Shown here one piece after another: positions 52,244 through 63,125 of a DNA stretch of 64,000 bases (position 1 is the stretch's first letter; every line of letters starts with the position of its first letter). Below the pieces are notes generated by a model. That model saw only the letters and a list, made by a program, of their open reading frames with translations. It ran no database searches and was not told where the DNA came from. This stretch comes from an uncultured Acidobacteriota bacterium (GTDB lineage: Bacteria > Acidobacteriota > UBA6911): contig CAWJKZ010000024.1 in NCBI GenBank assembly GCA_963843575.1, positions 448,001-512,000 on the forward strand, in the 5' to 3' direction. Position numbers and translations under genes: made by a program.

Positions 52244-53641
52244 TCAGCTCGAAAGCACTCGAAACCGAGCCCGCAAGCCGGGTGCCAGCAGGAGCGCCGC
52301 GAGCGCGACGCAGGCCCAGGCGAAGGCATCGCCGGTCCGGGAATAGAGAGTGTGGCCCGGCCCTCCCCTGACGCTGGCCGCGAGCGTCGCGCCGGGGGCG
52401 CTCTCCCTGACGGCGACTATCCCTCCCCGGCTGTCGGTCACGCTCAGCAGGCCATCTTCGGCGCAGCGCGCCACCGAGAACCCCCCTTCCACGCCGCGCA
52501 GCCACGCCATCTGCGCGTGGAGCCGCCCGTCCCTGCCGAAGTCCCAGGCGGGGACCAGCAGGAGGCCTGCGCCGGCCCGCGCGTACCGCCGACCGAGCTC
52601 GGGAAAATCCATGTCCTTGCAGATCGCCACCCCCCGGTTTCCGGGGAGCGCGACGATGTCCCTCCCCTTCTGGTAGTCCTGGCCGGGGAGATGGTGCTGT
52701 TTGACGTACCGTGCGATACATTCTCCCGAGGGGGACACGACGTCGGCCACGTTGCGGTGGGTCCCGTCGGGGAGGTACTCGTCATACGGGGCGACGACCT
52801 GCACGCGGCTTCTGCGCGCGGCCTCGGCGACGATGGCGCGGGCTTCGGCCTCCCATTCCGGCCGGAGCGTCACGGAGGCCTCGGGCAGGAGCACGACCTC
52901 GACGCCGCCGGCCGCCAGAGACGCGATGGTGTTCGCGTTCGCGACGACCGCGGCGATGGCCGTTGGCCGGTCGCGGGTGCCGTAGCGCGCGCGGATGCCG
53001 CCGTCGGTGGCCATTCCCACCCGGACCGAGGGGGCGGTGCCGGGACGCAGGAGCGCGGCGATTCCGAAGGCCAGGCAAGACGCCACCGCGACGATGGGGA
53101 CCAGGACGTAGCCCGGGCGCAGCGGCCTCGATCGGAGCGCGAGCGCGATCCCGGAGGGGACCAGCGACACCAGGAACGTGATCGCGGCCGTCCCCGCGAC
53201 GCTCGCCACTTGGACCAGCGCGAGGAAGGGAACCTGCGAATAAGCGATGCTGAGAAAGGTCCCGTGAGGGGAGACGAGCGAAAAAAGGTACTCCCAGGCG
53301 GTCCAGAGGGCGGGAAAGAGCAGGACCCCCGCCGCGGGGTGGAGGGCCGGCGCAAGGCGGCCCGTCGACAGGGCGGCCGCGGCAAAGGCCGCCGCCGGGA
53401 CGGCCAGGGCGGCGAGCAGCATCGGTGCCGGGACCAGGCCGGCATAGACTGGCACGACGTTCGCCTCGCCCAGGAGAAACGCCGCGAAGGCGACAACGAG
53501 GACCCGTCGCGTTCCCGCCCCCCCAAGGGCGTACCACAGCACCGGGGCGGGGGCGAGCCACGCGAGCGGCCAGAGGGTTCCGAGGTTCGTCGAGAGGTGG
53601 AAAAGCACTCCGGCGGCCGCAGTCGCAATCAGCGCGGTCAT
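52244..53641 (-). CDS. Membrane carbon-nitrogen hydrolase (apolipoprotein N-acyltransferase-like)
   Basis: N-terminal TM helices and a nitrilase triad (LLPE, YVKQH, AICKD). Confidence 0.8.
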   Translation of the reverse strand: MTALIATAAAGVLFHLSTNLGTLWPLAWLAPAPVLWYALGGAGTRRVLVVAFAAFLLGEANVVPVYAGLVPAPMLLAALAVPAAAFAAAALSTGRLAPALHPAAGVLLFPALWTAWEYLFSLVSPHGTFLSIAYSQVPFLALVQVASVAGTAAITFLVSLVPSGIALALRSRPLRPGYVLVPIVAVASCLAFGIAALLRPGTAPSVRVGMATDGGIRARYGTRDRPTAIAAVVANANTIASLAAGGVEVVLLPEASVTLRPEWEAEARAIVAEAARRSRVQVVAPYDEYLPDGTHRNVADVVSPSGECIARYVKQHHLPGQDYQKGRDIVALPGNRGVAICKDMDFPELGRRYARAGAGLLLVPAWDFGRDGRLHAQMAWLRGVEGGFSVARCAEDGLLSVTDSRGGIVAVRESAPGATLAASVRGGPGHTLYSRTGDAFAWACVALAALLLAPGLRARFRVLSS

Positions 53642-53645
53642 GGGC

Positions 53646-56600
53646 CTACTCCCGGCGGCGTCTCGGGCCCTGGACCAGGCTGACCAGTTCCCGGAGCGCC
53701 TGCAGTTGGCCGGAGTCCCTGAAACTCGTCCGGTACCACCGCTCGATAATCGCCCTGTCGACCGCCGCCCGCGAGGTGCGGGCCGAGTAGGCGCCGATTC
53801 TCTCGAGTGCCTCCTTGGCTTGCCCCGCCGAACCCATCTGCTCGTAGGCGAGCATCATCAGGTAATCCTGTACCCGGAAGTCCGGGTCGCCCGGCCGCCC
53901 CGTTCCAAGCCGCACCGGGTATTCCTTCGACCCTTCCAGCCGCTTGAGCGCCTCTTCGTGCCGCCCCTGTTTCATGGCATCCAGCGCCAGGCAGATCTGG
54001 CACTGGACGTACAGGTCATGCACGTCGCGCTGCCCCTCGAACGGCAGGATAGTGGCGTTCTCCAACACCGCGTAGCACTCCCGGTATTTGCCGTTGTTCA
54101 GGTAGGTTCTCGCAAGCAGGATCTTGATCAGGTCTTCGTCGGGGAAGCGCCGGGCGGCCTCGACGGCCATCTTCAAGGCACGGTCGTGCATCCCGCGCTC
54201 GGTGTAATAATTGGCCAGGTGGTGCCAGTTCCTCCAGTCCTTCGGGTCGACCGAGAGCGCTTTCTCGAAATCGGCCAGCGCCTTGTCGGGGCTGGCCCCT
54301 TGCTCGAGCCAGGCGCGGCACATGTAGACGGGCGCGTAGTCGGGCTGGTTACCGCACTCCGACAGCATCTTGAGCGCCTCGTCCTGGCGGCGCAGTCCCC
54401 AGTAGACAAGCCCGAGATAGTACCTCGCCTGCCAGTCGCCGGGGCGCGTGCGGGCGGCCCACTCGAATACCGGGATGGACTCCTCGCGGAACGGGAACAC
54501 GAGGTAGGGCGAGAGCGCGGTGGCCTGGCCGCAGCCTCTCGCGGCTCCGCTCCGGGGATTTGTCCCGCAGCAGGTAGGCCTGCCAGTACCGGACCGTGGC
54601 CTGCTCCGGGGCGGCGTCGAGCACGCGCAGCGCGTCGTCGGACAGGTTGAGGCCGACGTAGTGCATCGCGATCTCGAGATAAGTCTCGTGCGGGATTTCG
54701 TTGCGGATCATCGATTTGAAGTGGTCCAGCCTCGCCGCGTCGGGTTCGAGCAGGTACTGTTCGAAGCGCGCAGAGTGGTTCAGCGGGTCGATGGCCAGGA
54801 TGCGATCCAGCATTTCGCTGGCCTTCTGCGGCTGCTTGAGCAGCCGGTAGGCGGTGCTGAGGACCTCCTGCGCCTTGATGTTGCGGGCGTCGTAGTCGAG
54901 CGAGCGCCGGAGGAACTCCAGGGCGCGGGCGGAGTTACCCTCCAGGAGGTAGATTTCGCCCAGCTGGCAGTATGGCGCTGGACCGGTACTTCATGGAACG
55001 GGCGGCCCACCCGATCGTCTCCTTGGCGTCGACCAGGTGACCGAGCCTCCGCGCGGCGACGCCGTAGATGTAGTTCGCGTCGGGGTCGTACATGACGTAG
55101 TCGAGCGCCTTGGCGGCGTAGTCCAGCGCCTTCTGATACTCGGCCCTCCTGCAGTAGAGCTCGGCGACGCGCGTCAGCGCGCGCACGTGCAGCGGCTCGC
55201 GCTTGAGGCACTCGAGGTATTTCTGCAGCGCCAGTTCGTAGTTGCGGGCCTTCTCCTCGCGCTCGGCGTTCTGGTAGATCCCTTCGAGCGTGTTCTCCTC
55301 GTAGTTGCGGAAGTTCTGCGGCCGCCTCAGCAGTTCGTGCGCCGGGATCGTCGGTGTAGGAGCAGTTTGTCCCCGACGTCGACGCGCAGCTCCCCCTTCT
55401 TCACGGCGGCCGGCACCCTTTTCTCCCAGACCTCCATGGGTTTCAGCGCCAGCCGCTCGCGGAAGATCTCGCTCCCGGCGGAGCGCACGACGAGGTCCTC
55501 GTCGACGGCCTGCAGGGCGCAGAAGGCCAGCGTGACGGCGTCGCCGGTGTTGCGCGCGTTAAGCGCCCCGTAGGGCGTGGCCTTGACCATCGGGCCGATC
55601 TTCTTGTACGGGAACCAGACCTCGCTCCACTGGTCGGTGGTGTAGGGGGCGAAGAACTCGTGGTCGTTCTGGTCGAGCAGGCGCCCGTTCTGGGGTTCGA
55701 AATACGGCCCGTCGCTGTCGGTCAGGAGGCTCTCCCATATGGCACCCGTGCCCGACAGCGGCCAGCGGAAGAACTTCTGCCCGGGTACGTCTTCGTGCAT
55801 GGCCCAGTGGCCGTAGCCGAACTGGGAATCGTGCCAGTAGCCGCCGGAAAAGTCGTTGAAGGCGCCGTGGATGAAAAAGCTCCCCTCGTCGCTGTCGTCG
55901 TGGTCCTTGTACAGGGCGAGGTTCCGTTCGCCCTTCATGGGCCAGGGGCGCTCGGGGACGTCGTAGTTGTGGCCGATGTATTTCGTTCCGGGGAAGATGA
56001 ACTCGAGGTCCTGACCGAGCTTGTTGGCCGCGTTCATCCACACGTAGTAGGACTGGTTCAGCGGCTGGGGGTTGTACCAGAGCGAGCGCGTTTCGAAGAA
56101 GGCCTTGTCGGGCGGGACGACGAACTCCACGCGCCACTGCGTGCGCGACGGCAGATCCATCGCCCCGACGAAGCAGCTGACGCTCCCGTCGGGGTTGGTG
56201 CGGTAGAGGTAGTCGACCGGCGTCGCGGTGGCCGGCGTGTGTCCCACGATGCCGAAGTTGAGCTCGATGCCACCGGATGTCCACGGGCCGCGCAACGCGA
56301 TGTGCCGGTATTTCCGCACGTGGTTGAAGTAGATGAACTCCTTGCCCGTGCTTTTCTCGACGGCGCCGATCAGCTTACCCCCTTCCGCGGGCAGGACGAA
56401 CGCGCGGATGTAGGGGTTTTCGAGCCGCACGACGTTCCAGCTCTGGTCGGCCCCGGTGTAGCTGAGCTTGTCGAAGAAGAAGTAGGGATAGAGCCTCGGT
56501 CCTTTTCCCCACATGCTCGATCGCGTCATGATGGGGGCGGGGTCGGGGCCGGAGAAGGGGTAGGTCTTGAATACCTGCTTCTCCTCCCGGACGGTCGCCT

Positions 56601-56664
56601 GCTGGCAGAACAGACACAGCGACAGCGCAAGCATCAGCGACAGCGCGGCAAAAATCCGTTTCAT
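53646..56664 (-). CDS. DUF5107 domain plus TPR protein, secreted, frameshifted
   Basis: LENPYIRAFVLPAEGGK and GPWTSGGIELNF, followed by TPR repeats in successive frames. Confidence 0.85.
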
Positions 56665-56727
56665 GGTGAGCCCTCCCGGCTGGGTGCGCCGGCACGGCCG
56701 GCGTGTCACTGTTCTATCACAAAAGAC

Positions 56728-56792
56728 GGAAGCCGGAAGCAGGAAGCCGGAAGCCGATGTTTCAGGCTGCTGGCTTCGGGCTCCCGGCTTCC
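56728..56792. repeat. Heptamer tandem repeat hairpin (GGAAGCC x4 / GGCTTCC-like x4)
   Basis: 56728-56755 and 56765-56792 can form an imperfect 28 bp stem just downstream of proC. Confidence 0.75.
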
Positions 56793-56799
56793 GCCTCGT

Positions 56800-57642
56800 T
56801 CAGGCTTCCGCTTTTCCCGGGATGTGGACGGGCTGATCTTTTCCGAGTTCGAGCGATCGCTGGAAGGCGGCCCAGACCGCCCGGGAGATCGCGGTGCGGA
56901 AGCCCGCCTTTTCGAGGTAATACAGCGCCTCGGCCGACGTGCCCCCCGGGGAGGTGACCTGGTTGCGCAGCGTCGCCGGGTGACGTCCGGCCTGCTGGTA
57001 GAAGGACGTGGAGCCGCGGATGGTCTGCACCACGAGCTGCTCCGCGATGCGGCGCGGCAACCCCATGTGCACACCCGCGTCGATCAGCGCCTCCATGAAG
57101 ATGAACACGTACGCCGGCCCGGTGCCCGACAGCGCCGTCGCCATGTCGAGATAGTGTTCGTCCTCGACGAAAACCTCCTCGCCGAGAGCCGACAATATGG
57201 CGCGGGCCGTCTCCTTCTGCTCCTCGGTCACCGCCTCGGATGCGGTCCACACCGTGATTCCCTCGCCGATCTGGGCCGGCGTGTTCGGCATGGAGCGTAC
57301 GACCGCGTGGTGCTTGAGCCCCGTGCCCAGTTTCCGGATCGATGCGCCGGCGATGATCGAGAGCACCAGCGCCTCGGGTCGGATCACCTTGAGTCCCCGC
57401 ATGACGCTGGTCAGCCGCTGCGGCTTGATCGACAACACCACCACTTCGGCCTGGGACGCGGCTTCCGCGTTGTCCGTGAAGGGGCGGACCCCGTATTTGT
57501 CCCTGAGTTGCTCCACCCTCTCGGCCCGGGGCCCCGCAGCGAGCAGGTGCTCCGGCTCGGCGAGCTTCTCGCGGATGAGTCCGCCGATCATGGCTTCCGC
57601 CATCACCCCGGGCCCGATGAACGCTATCGTCTTCTTGGGCAT
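56800..57642 (-). CDS. proC: Pyrroline-5-carboxylate reductase
   Basis: FIGPGVMA, SIKPQ, RSMPNTP, ALSGTGPAY and VTSPGGT. Confidence 0.95.
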   Translation of the reverse strand: MPKKTIAFIGPGVMAEAMIGGLIREKLAEPEHLLAAGPRAERVEQLRDKYGVRPFTDNAEAASQAEVVVLSIKPQRLTSVMRGLKVIRPEALVLSIIAGASIRKLGTGLKHHAVVRSMPNTPAQIGEGITVWTASEAVTEEQKETARAILSALGEEVFVEDEHYLDMATALSGTGPAYVFIFMEALIDAGVHMGLPRRIAEQLVVQTIRGSTSFYQQAGRHPATLRNQVTSPGGTSAEALYYLEKAGFRTAISRAVWAAFQRSLELGKDQPVHIPGKAEA

Positions 57643-57694
57643 GCCGGGATTATAAGGCCGCCGGCCGCCGGCTGTCAGCCCCGCGCCCCTCGGC

Positions 57695-59089
57695 ATGCTA
57701 AGAATTTCCCGCGGGGGCGTCCTTTATAGAGGGGAGTTGCACACTGTGTTGCTTCATCGTTTCATGCCCGGCGTCCTCCGTGGCGCCCGCCGCGCGTTGC
57801 CCCTCCTGCCGAAAATCGAACGCGAGCTTCAACTCTGCTCCCGCGCCGGCGCCGCGGCCTCGATTGTGGAAGGTTACAAGCCGGAGGTGTGTTCCCACCT
57901 GCGCGACCGGTTTGCGCCGGTTGTGGCGCAGGCGCTCACGCTCAAGGTTCTCAACATCCTCCTCGCCAGGTATCACCTCCGCGCTCGGGATGTCTCGGTG
58001 TCGTCCCGGCCGTTCGGCATCGTGCTCGATCCCTCCAATATGTGCCGGCTTGCGTGCCCGGGGTGCGTCCACTCGACCCGTTCGGAGGCCCTCGGGTTGT
58101 TCGATTGGCCCAGCGGCACGTTGTCAGGGCAACGCTTCGCCGAGCTGCTGAGGCTCTACGGCCCCTATGCGATCGGGATGTACTTCTGCAACTACGGGGA
58201 ACCGCTCCTCAATACCGAGACGCCGAAGCTCATCCGGTCTGCGAAAAACCACTTGATGTGGACGTCGCTCTCGACGAGCCTCTCGGTCCGTCGCTTCGAC
58301 GCGGAAGCCTACGTGGGGTCGGGTCTCGATTTCATGGTGCTTTCAATCGACGGCGCCACGCAGCCCGTTTATGGGCGCTACCGCCGCAACGGCGACCTGG
58401 AAATGGTTTTCCGGAACGTCCGCAGCCTTGTGGCGGCCAGGCGCGGCCTTGGACGGGGCACGCCGGTGTTGTCCTGGAATTTCCTGGCCTTCCAACACAA
58501 CGCGCACGAAATCCCGGCGGCCGAGCGCATGGCGCGCAGGCTCGGGATTGACCAGTTCCGCGTGGTGCGCCCTTTCGATGTGACGTGGGACGATCCGGAG
58601 ATCCGGCCCGCGGCAGTGCGGGCGCGCGTGACCCGCCTGCGCTGGCTGTCGACCAGCAACCCGTCCTCCAACTGGAATCCCTTCCCGGACAGCCTGGAAG
58701 CCGGTGCGATCGCCCGTGCGTTCGAGACCCCGTTGGAGGCGACGGGTTCCGACGCCGCGCCGCCGCGCACCGGTTCCGGCCACACCTGCCACTGGCTCTA
58801 CGACAACCTCGTGCTGGACGCGGCCGGCAGAGTCCTGCCCTGCTGCGCGGCGCCGCGGCCGGACGCGAGCCTGGTGTTCACAACGTTCACCGGCGATGGA
58901 GATCCGTTCAATTCGGCGAAGCACCGGCAGGCGCGATCCTTTTTTGCCGGCACGCCCTCCCCTGCCTCGGACGCCACAGGCGCCCCATATTGCACGCGCT
59001 GCGATTGGGACCACACCACCGTGAACATCGGCCCCCCGGAGATCCGCCGCTACTTCCGCGCTGCCGGAATAGGGGACGGACCAGGATAA
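57695..59089 (+). CDS. Radical SAM protein with SPASM/twitch domain
   Basis: CRLACPGC, YGEPLL, SIDGAT and CHWLY...LPCC...CTRC. The start is uncertain and the last codons lie inside a TIR. Confidence 0.85.
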   Translation: MLRISRGGVLYRGELHTVLLHRFMPGVLRGARRALPLLPKIERELQLCSRAGAAASIVEGYKPEVCSHLRDRFAPVVAQALTLKVLNILLARYHLRARDVSVSSRPFGIVLDPSNMCRLACPGCVHSTRSEALGLFDWPSGTLSGQRFAELLRLYGPYAIGMYFCNYGEPLLNTETPKLIRSAKNHLMWTSLSTSLSVRRFDAEAYVGSGLDFMVLSIDGATQPVYGRYRRNGDLEMVFRNVRSLVAARRGLGRGTPVLSWNFLAFQHNAHEIPAAERMARRLGIDQFRVVRPFDVTWDDPEIRPAAVRARVTRLRWLSTSNPSSNWNPFPDSLEAGAIARAFETPLEATGSDAAPPRTGSGHTCHWLYDNLVLDAAGRVLPCCAAPRPDASLVFTTFTGDGDPFNSAKHRQARSFFAGTPSPASDATGAPYCTRCDWDHTTVNIGPPEIRRYFRAAGIGDGPG

Positions 59090-59311
59090 ATCGCTTAAAT
59101 AGAGTAATATGCGGCTATAATGAGGTCTCAAATGGGCCTTAATCGACGTTTTTAGGACCGAAAATCGAAAATAAGGCCGAGCCGAAACGAATTCCGCCCA
59201 AGCGGGGCCTTATTGGCAAAAAATGAGGTCAAAAAGTCGAAATAAGGCCTCTTTTGCGGGCCAAAATTCAGCTAATTGTTGTAAGCATTACGATTGTCCA
59301 GGTCCGTCCCC
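59072..59311. mobile_element. AT-rich TIR-bounded non-coding element, copy 2
   Basis: GGGGACGGACCAGGATAAATCG (59072-59093) and CGATTGTCCAGGTCCGTCCCC (59291-59311). Internal motif layout matches 1533-1760. Confidence 0.75.
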
Positions 59312-61300
59312 ACGCATCGAGTCGGTGACCAGGTAGGCGAGCAGGAGGGCGAACATTATCAGCCCGGTGATTTCGCCGGCCCGCGATTCGGCCCAGTGTG
59401 CGTTGGCGGCGTACCAGTTCAGCGGCAGGCCGAACTCTGTGGCGCCGAAGCGCAGGAAGGCGTTGAGGACGCCGAACAGCGAGCCTCCGGCGATGAAGCC
59501 CGAGGCGATGAGCGTTCCGCGCGAAAGCCGGGCGTCGTTCACTCTGCCGTCCTTCGAACGGGTCGACACCCACCATGCGGCCAGCCCGCCGAACACCAGC
59601 GGGACGTTCAGTTCCTGCGGGATGTACATGCCGAGCGCGAAGGCGAGCGGCGGGACCTTGAGGATAGTCAGCAGCAGAGCGATCACAGCCCCCACGATGT
59701 AGAGGAGCCACGGGGTGGGCGCCCTGGACATCAGCGGCTGGATCACGGCCGCCATCGCGTTGGCCTGGGGGGCGACCATAGCGCCCTCGCCGGTGAAGCC
59801 GAAGGTCCGTTCCAGGATGATGATCACCCCCCCGACGGTGGCGGCCGAGACCAGCACCCCGAGGAATTTCCACGTCTCCTGTTTCCGGGGAGTCGAACCG
59901 AGCCAGTAGCCGATCTTCAGGTCGGTGATGAACCCGCCCGCCACCGACAGGGCCGTGCAGACGACCCCGCCGATGATGAGGGCGCTCACCATGCCCGACG
60001 CGCCGGTCAGGCCGATCTGGACGAGCACGATCGACGACAGGATCAGGGTCATCAGGGTCATGCCGGAGACCGGGTTCGTGCCGACGATGGCAATCGCGTT
60101 TGCCGCGACGGTGGTGAAGAGGAAGGAGATCGCCACCACGATCAGCATGCCGATCACGGCGTGGGTCAGGTTGAAGACGACGGCCCCGTAAAAGAAAACC
60201 AGGATCAGCAGGGCCGTCAGGAAGATCAAGAGCAGGTTGAAGCCCATGCGCAGGTCGGTCTGGGTGCGCGGGGCGTCCTGGCGTGCGGCCGATGATTTGT
60301 GGAAGATCTCCGTCCAGGCCAGCCGGAAGGCCCCGGCGATGATTTTGGAAGAGCGGAGGATCCCGACGATGCCGGCCATGGCGATGCCTCCGATGCCGAT
60401 CGGCCGGACGTACATCCGGAAAATTTCCTCGGCGGTCATGGCGGAGATCAGCTTCGTCGCGTCGGCGCCGAGGGGCGCGGTCAGGCCGCTGCCGATCTCA
60501 TACACGAGCGGCACCAGCACCAGCCACGACAGGAACGACCCGGCTGCGATGATAGCCGAGTACTTCAGCCCGATGATGTAGCCCAGCCCGAAGACCATGG
60601 AGGAGATGTTCAGGCGCAGAACCAGCCGGTATTTGTCGGCCAGGGCCGCCCCGGCGTCGAACATGCGCGAGGTGATCACCTCCGACCACCAGCCGAAGGC
60701 GCTGAACGCGAAATCGTAGAGCCCGCCCAGCAGTCCGCTGACGGCCAGCACCGCTGCCTGCCGGCCACCTTTCTCCCCCGCCACGAGTATCTCGGTCGTC
60801 GCAGTCCCTTCGGGGAAGGGGAGCTTGCCGTGCATGTCCTTGACGAAGTACTTGCGGAACGGGATCAGAAACAGGATGCCGAGAAACCCTCCCAGCGCCG
60901 ACGCCGCGAAAGCCTGGAAGAAGCTCGTCGGCAGCTTGAGGATGTACAGGGCCGGCAGCGTAAAGATGGCGCCGGCGACCACGACACCCGAGCACGCCCC
61001 GATCGACTGGATAATGACGTTCTGGCCCAGGGCGTTCTGCCGGCCGAAGACGGCCGAGATCCCCACGGCCAGGATGGCGACCGGGATGGCGGCCTCGAAG
61101 ACCTGTCCTATCTTGAGACCCGAGTAGGCGGCGGCCGCCGAGAAGAGGACGGCCATCACCAGCCCCCAGCCCACCGACCACGGGGTCACTTCCTGCGGCG
61201 CGCTCTCGGGCGGCATGATCGGGCGGTATTCCTCCCCGGGTCTCAATTCCTTGTAGGCATTGTCGGGCAGGCCCTTTATTGTTCCGGCTTCGTGCTCCAT
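59288..61300 (-). CDS. OPT family oligopeptide transporter
   Basis: GLKIGQVFEAAIP, LPFPEG, TNPVSGMT, DLKIGYWLGSTP and APQANAM. Many TM helices. Confidence 0.93.
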   Translation of the reverse strand: MEHEAGTIKGLPDNAYKELRPGEEYRPIMPPESAPQEVTPWSVGWGLVMAVLFSAAAAYSGLKIGQVFEAAIPVAILAVGISAVFGRQNALGQNVIIQSIGACSGVVVAGAIFTLPALYILKLPTSFFQAFAASALGGFLGILFLIPFRKYFVKDMHGKLPFPEGTATTEILVAGEKGGRQAAVLAVSGLLGGLYDFAFSAFGWWSEVITSRMFDAGAALADKYRLVLRLNISSMVFGLGYIIGLKYSAIIAAGSFLSWLVLVPLVYEIGSGLTAPLGADATKLISAMTAEEIFRMYVRPIGIGGIAMAGIVGILRSSKIIAGAFRLAWTEIFHKSSAARQDAPRTQTDLRMGFNLLLIFLTALLILVFFYGAVVFNLTHAVIGMLIVVAISFLFTTVAANAIAIVGTNPVSGMTLMTLILSSIVLVQIGLTGASGMVSALIIGGVVCTALSVAGGFITDLKIGYWLGSTPRKQETWKFLGVLVSAATVGGVIIILERTFGFTGEGAMVAPQANAMAAVIQPLMSRAPTPWLLYIVGAVIALLLTILKVPPLAFALGMYIPQELNVPLVFGGLAAWWVSTRSKDGRVNDARLSRGTLIASGFIAGGSLFGVLNAFLRFGATEFGLPLNWYAANAHWAESRAGEITGLIMFALLLAYLVTDSMRGDGPGQS

Positions 61301-61337
61301 GGCGGCGGCTCCGTGTGATTGGGCGCGGGCAGGTTCG

Positions 61338-62588
61338 TCAACGGGACTTCTCGACCCAGATGCGGGCCAGCTCGAGGATGGTTTCGATCGCCTTGTTCAT
61401 CGCTTCCACCGACAGCCACTCCGTCGGGCCGTGGAAGTTTTTCCCCCCGGTGAACAGATTGGGTGTGGGGAGCCCCCGCTCGGTCAGGCGCGAACCGTCG
61501 GTCCCCCCACGGATCGGCACCCAGCGCGGCTCCAGCCCCGCCCGCCGCGCAGCCTCCCACAGGTAATCGAGGACGCGGCTATCCTCTCCCATGTGGTCCT
61601 TCATGTTGCGGTACTGTTCGATCACGTTCAGCTCGATGCGCGCCCCTGGGTGGAGGGGCCGCACCTCCGCGACGACCTGCTCCAGCTTCTGCCTGAGGGT
61701 TTCGAGCCCGGGCGTGTGAAAATCGCGCAGCAAGACCTTCAGCGTGGACTTGGCCTCTTCCCCTTGCAAGACGTGCGGGTGGATGTATGGCTCGTAGCCC
61801 TCGGTCGTCTCGGGAGCGATGTCCCGGGGCATGCGCGCGATGATGTCGGCCATCGCGCGAAGCGAGTTGACCATGATCCCCTTGGCGTTTCCCGGGTGGA
61901 TGTTGCGGCCGTGCACGGTGATGACCGCGAGGTTGGCGCTGAAAGTCTCCTTGTTCAGCTCGCCCGCCGTCTCGCCGTCGACCGTGTAGGCGAACTTCGC
62001 CCCGAACTCCCCGAAGTCGAAGTGCTTCGTTCCCCCGCCCACCTCTTCGTCCGGCGTGAAGGCGATCTTGATCTCCCCGTGGGGCGGGGACGCGTCGCCG
62101 AGGAACGTCTGGGCCGCGGTCATGACGATCGCGACGCCGGCCTTGTCGTCGGCGCCCAGAAGCGTCGTCCCGTCGGCCGTGACGATCGTCTTCCCCACGT
62201 TTTCGAGCAGCTCGGGGTTCTCCGACACGCGGATCACCACTTCGGGGTCACCCGGCAGGACAATGTCGCCGCCCGCGTACTCGATCACCTGCGGATTGAC
62301 ACCCGCCCCGCTGAACGATGGAGAAGTATCGACGTGGGCGATCAGGCCAATGGGGGGAACCCTGCCGCGCGCCGGGTCGTCCGGCCCGAGGTTGGACGGG
62401 ATCGTCGCCATGACATAGCCGTGCGCATCCACGCGCGCGTCCGGAATCCCGAGCTCGCCGAGCTCCCGGACGAGCAGATTGAGGAGGTCGAACTGCTTAG
62501 CGGTGCTGGGATAGGTGTCCGAGTCGTCCTTCGATTGGGTGTCTATCCTGACGTATCGGAGAAAGCGCTCGAGCGCGGACTGGTTCAT
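61338..62588 (-). CDS. pepT: Peptidase T (tripeptide aminopeptidase, M20)
   Basis: AHVDTS, LGADDKAG, TPDEEVG, IRGGTDG and NFHG. Confidence 0.95.
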   Translation of the reverse strand: MNQSALERFLRYVRIDTQSKDDSDTYPSTAKQFDLLNLLVRELGELGIPDARVDAHGYVMATIPSNLGPDDPARGRVPPIGLIAHVDTSPSFSGAGVNPQVIEYAGGDIVLPGDPEVVIRVSENPELLENVGKTIVTADGTTLLGADDKAGVAIVMTAAQTFLGDASPPHGEIKIAFTPDEEVGGGTKHFDFGEFGAKFAYTVDGETAGELNKETFSANLAVITVHGRNIHPGNAKGIMVNSLRAMADIIARMPRDIAPETTEGYEPYIHPHVLQGEEAKSTLKVLLRDFHTPGLETLRQKLEQVVAEVRPLHPGARIELNVIEQYRNMKDHMGEDSRVLDYLWEAARRAGLEPRWVPIRGGTDGSRLTERGLPTPNLFTGGKNFHGPTEWLSVEAMNKAIETILELARIWVEKSR

Positions 62589-62663
62589 TTGAGGGCCTCG
62601 CTGTGTGCGGTGCGAAGCATTTGTATCGCGGGACCCCCCGCGGGGCAAAGCGAAATTGGCAGA

Positions 62664-63074
62664 TCAGGAAACTATTGAATACGACGTCTCCAGCTCGACG
62701 TCGCCGCGCAGCGAGTGATAGACCGAACAGTACTTCTCGCGCGACAAGGAGAGGGCGCGGTCGATATCCGACGGGCGCAGTCCCTTTCCTGCGAGCTCCA
62801 TGCGCAGGACGAATTTCGTGAAGCGGCGCGGCTCGTCCTCCGCCCGCGTCCCCTCCACCGAGACACGCAGCGCCGCGAGTCCGGCCCGCATCCTACCCAG
62901 GATGTGGACGACGTCGACAGCCATGCAGCCCGCCAGGCCGAAGGCCAGGAGTTCCATGGGCGAGCAGCCCGCGACCGCGTTCCCGTCGATCACCAGCCCG
63001 CGCCCTCCTGCCGTGCCCTGGAAAAGCAGTTCCCCTTCCCACGCGATCTCGACTGGCATCGGCTGCCCGGCCAT
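62664..63074 (-). CDS. OsmC family protein
   Basis: SPMELL..GLAGC and SREKYCSV. Confidence 0.9.
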   Translation of the reverse strand: MAGQPMPVEIAWEGELLFQGTAGGRGLVIDGNAVAGCSPMELLAFGLAGCMAVDVVHILGRMRAGLAALRVSVEGTRAEDEPRRFTKFVLRMELAGKGLRPSDIDRALSLSREKYCSVYHSLRGDVELETSYSIVS

Positions 63075-63125
63075 ATGCCCTCCCGTTCGGACGATCCTGT
63101 TCTCCCGACCTCCTCGCCGGGTCCT

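Noticed and set aside
10178-56664. Many frameshifted genes read as pseudogenes or programmed frameshifts
   Set aside because: The indels are scattered single bases in otherwise conserved genes, with no evident in-frame stops or slippery-site pattern. Long-read error is the simplest explanation.
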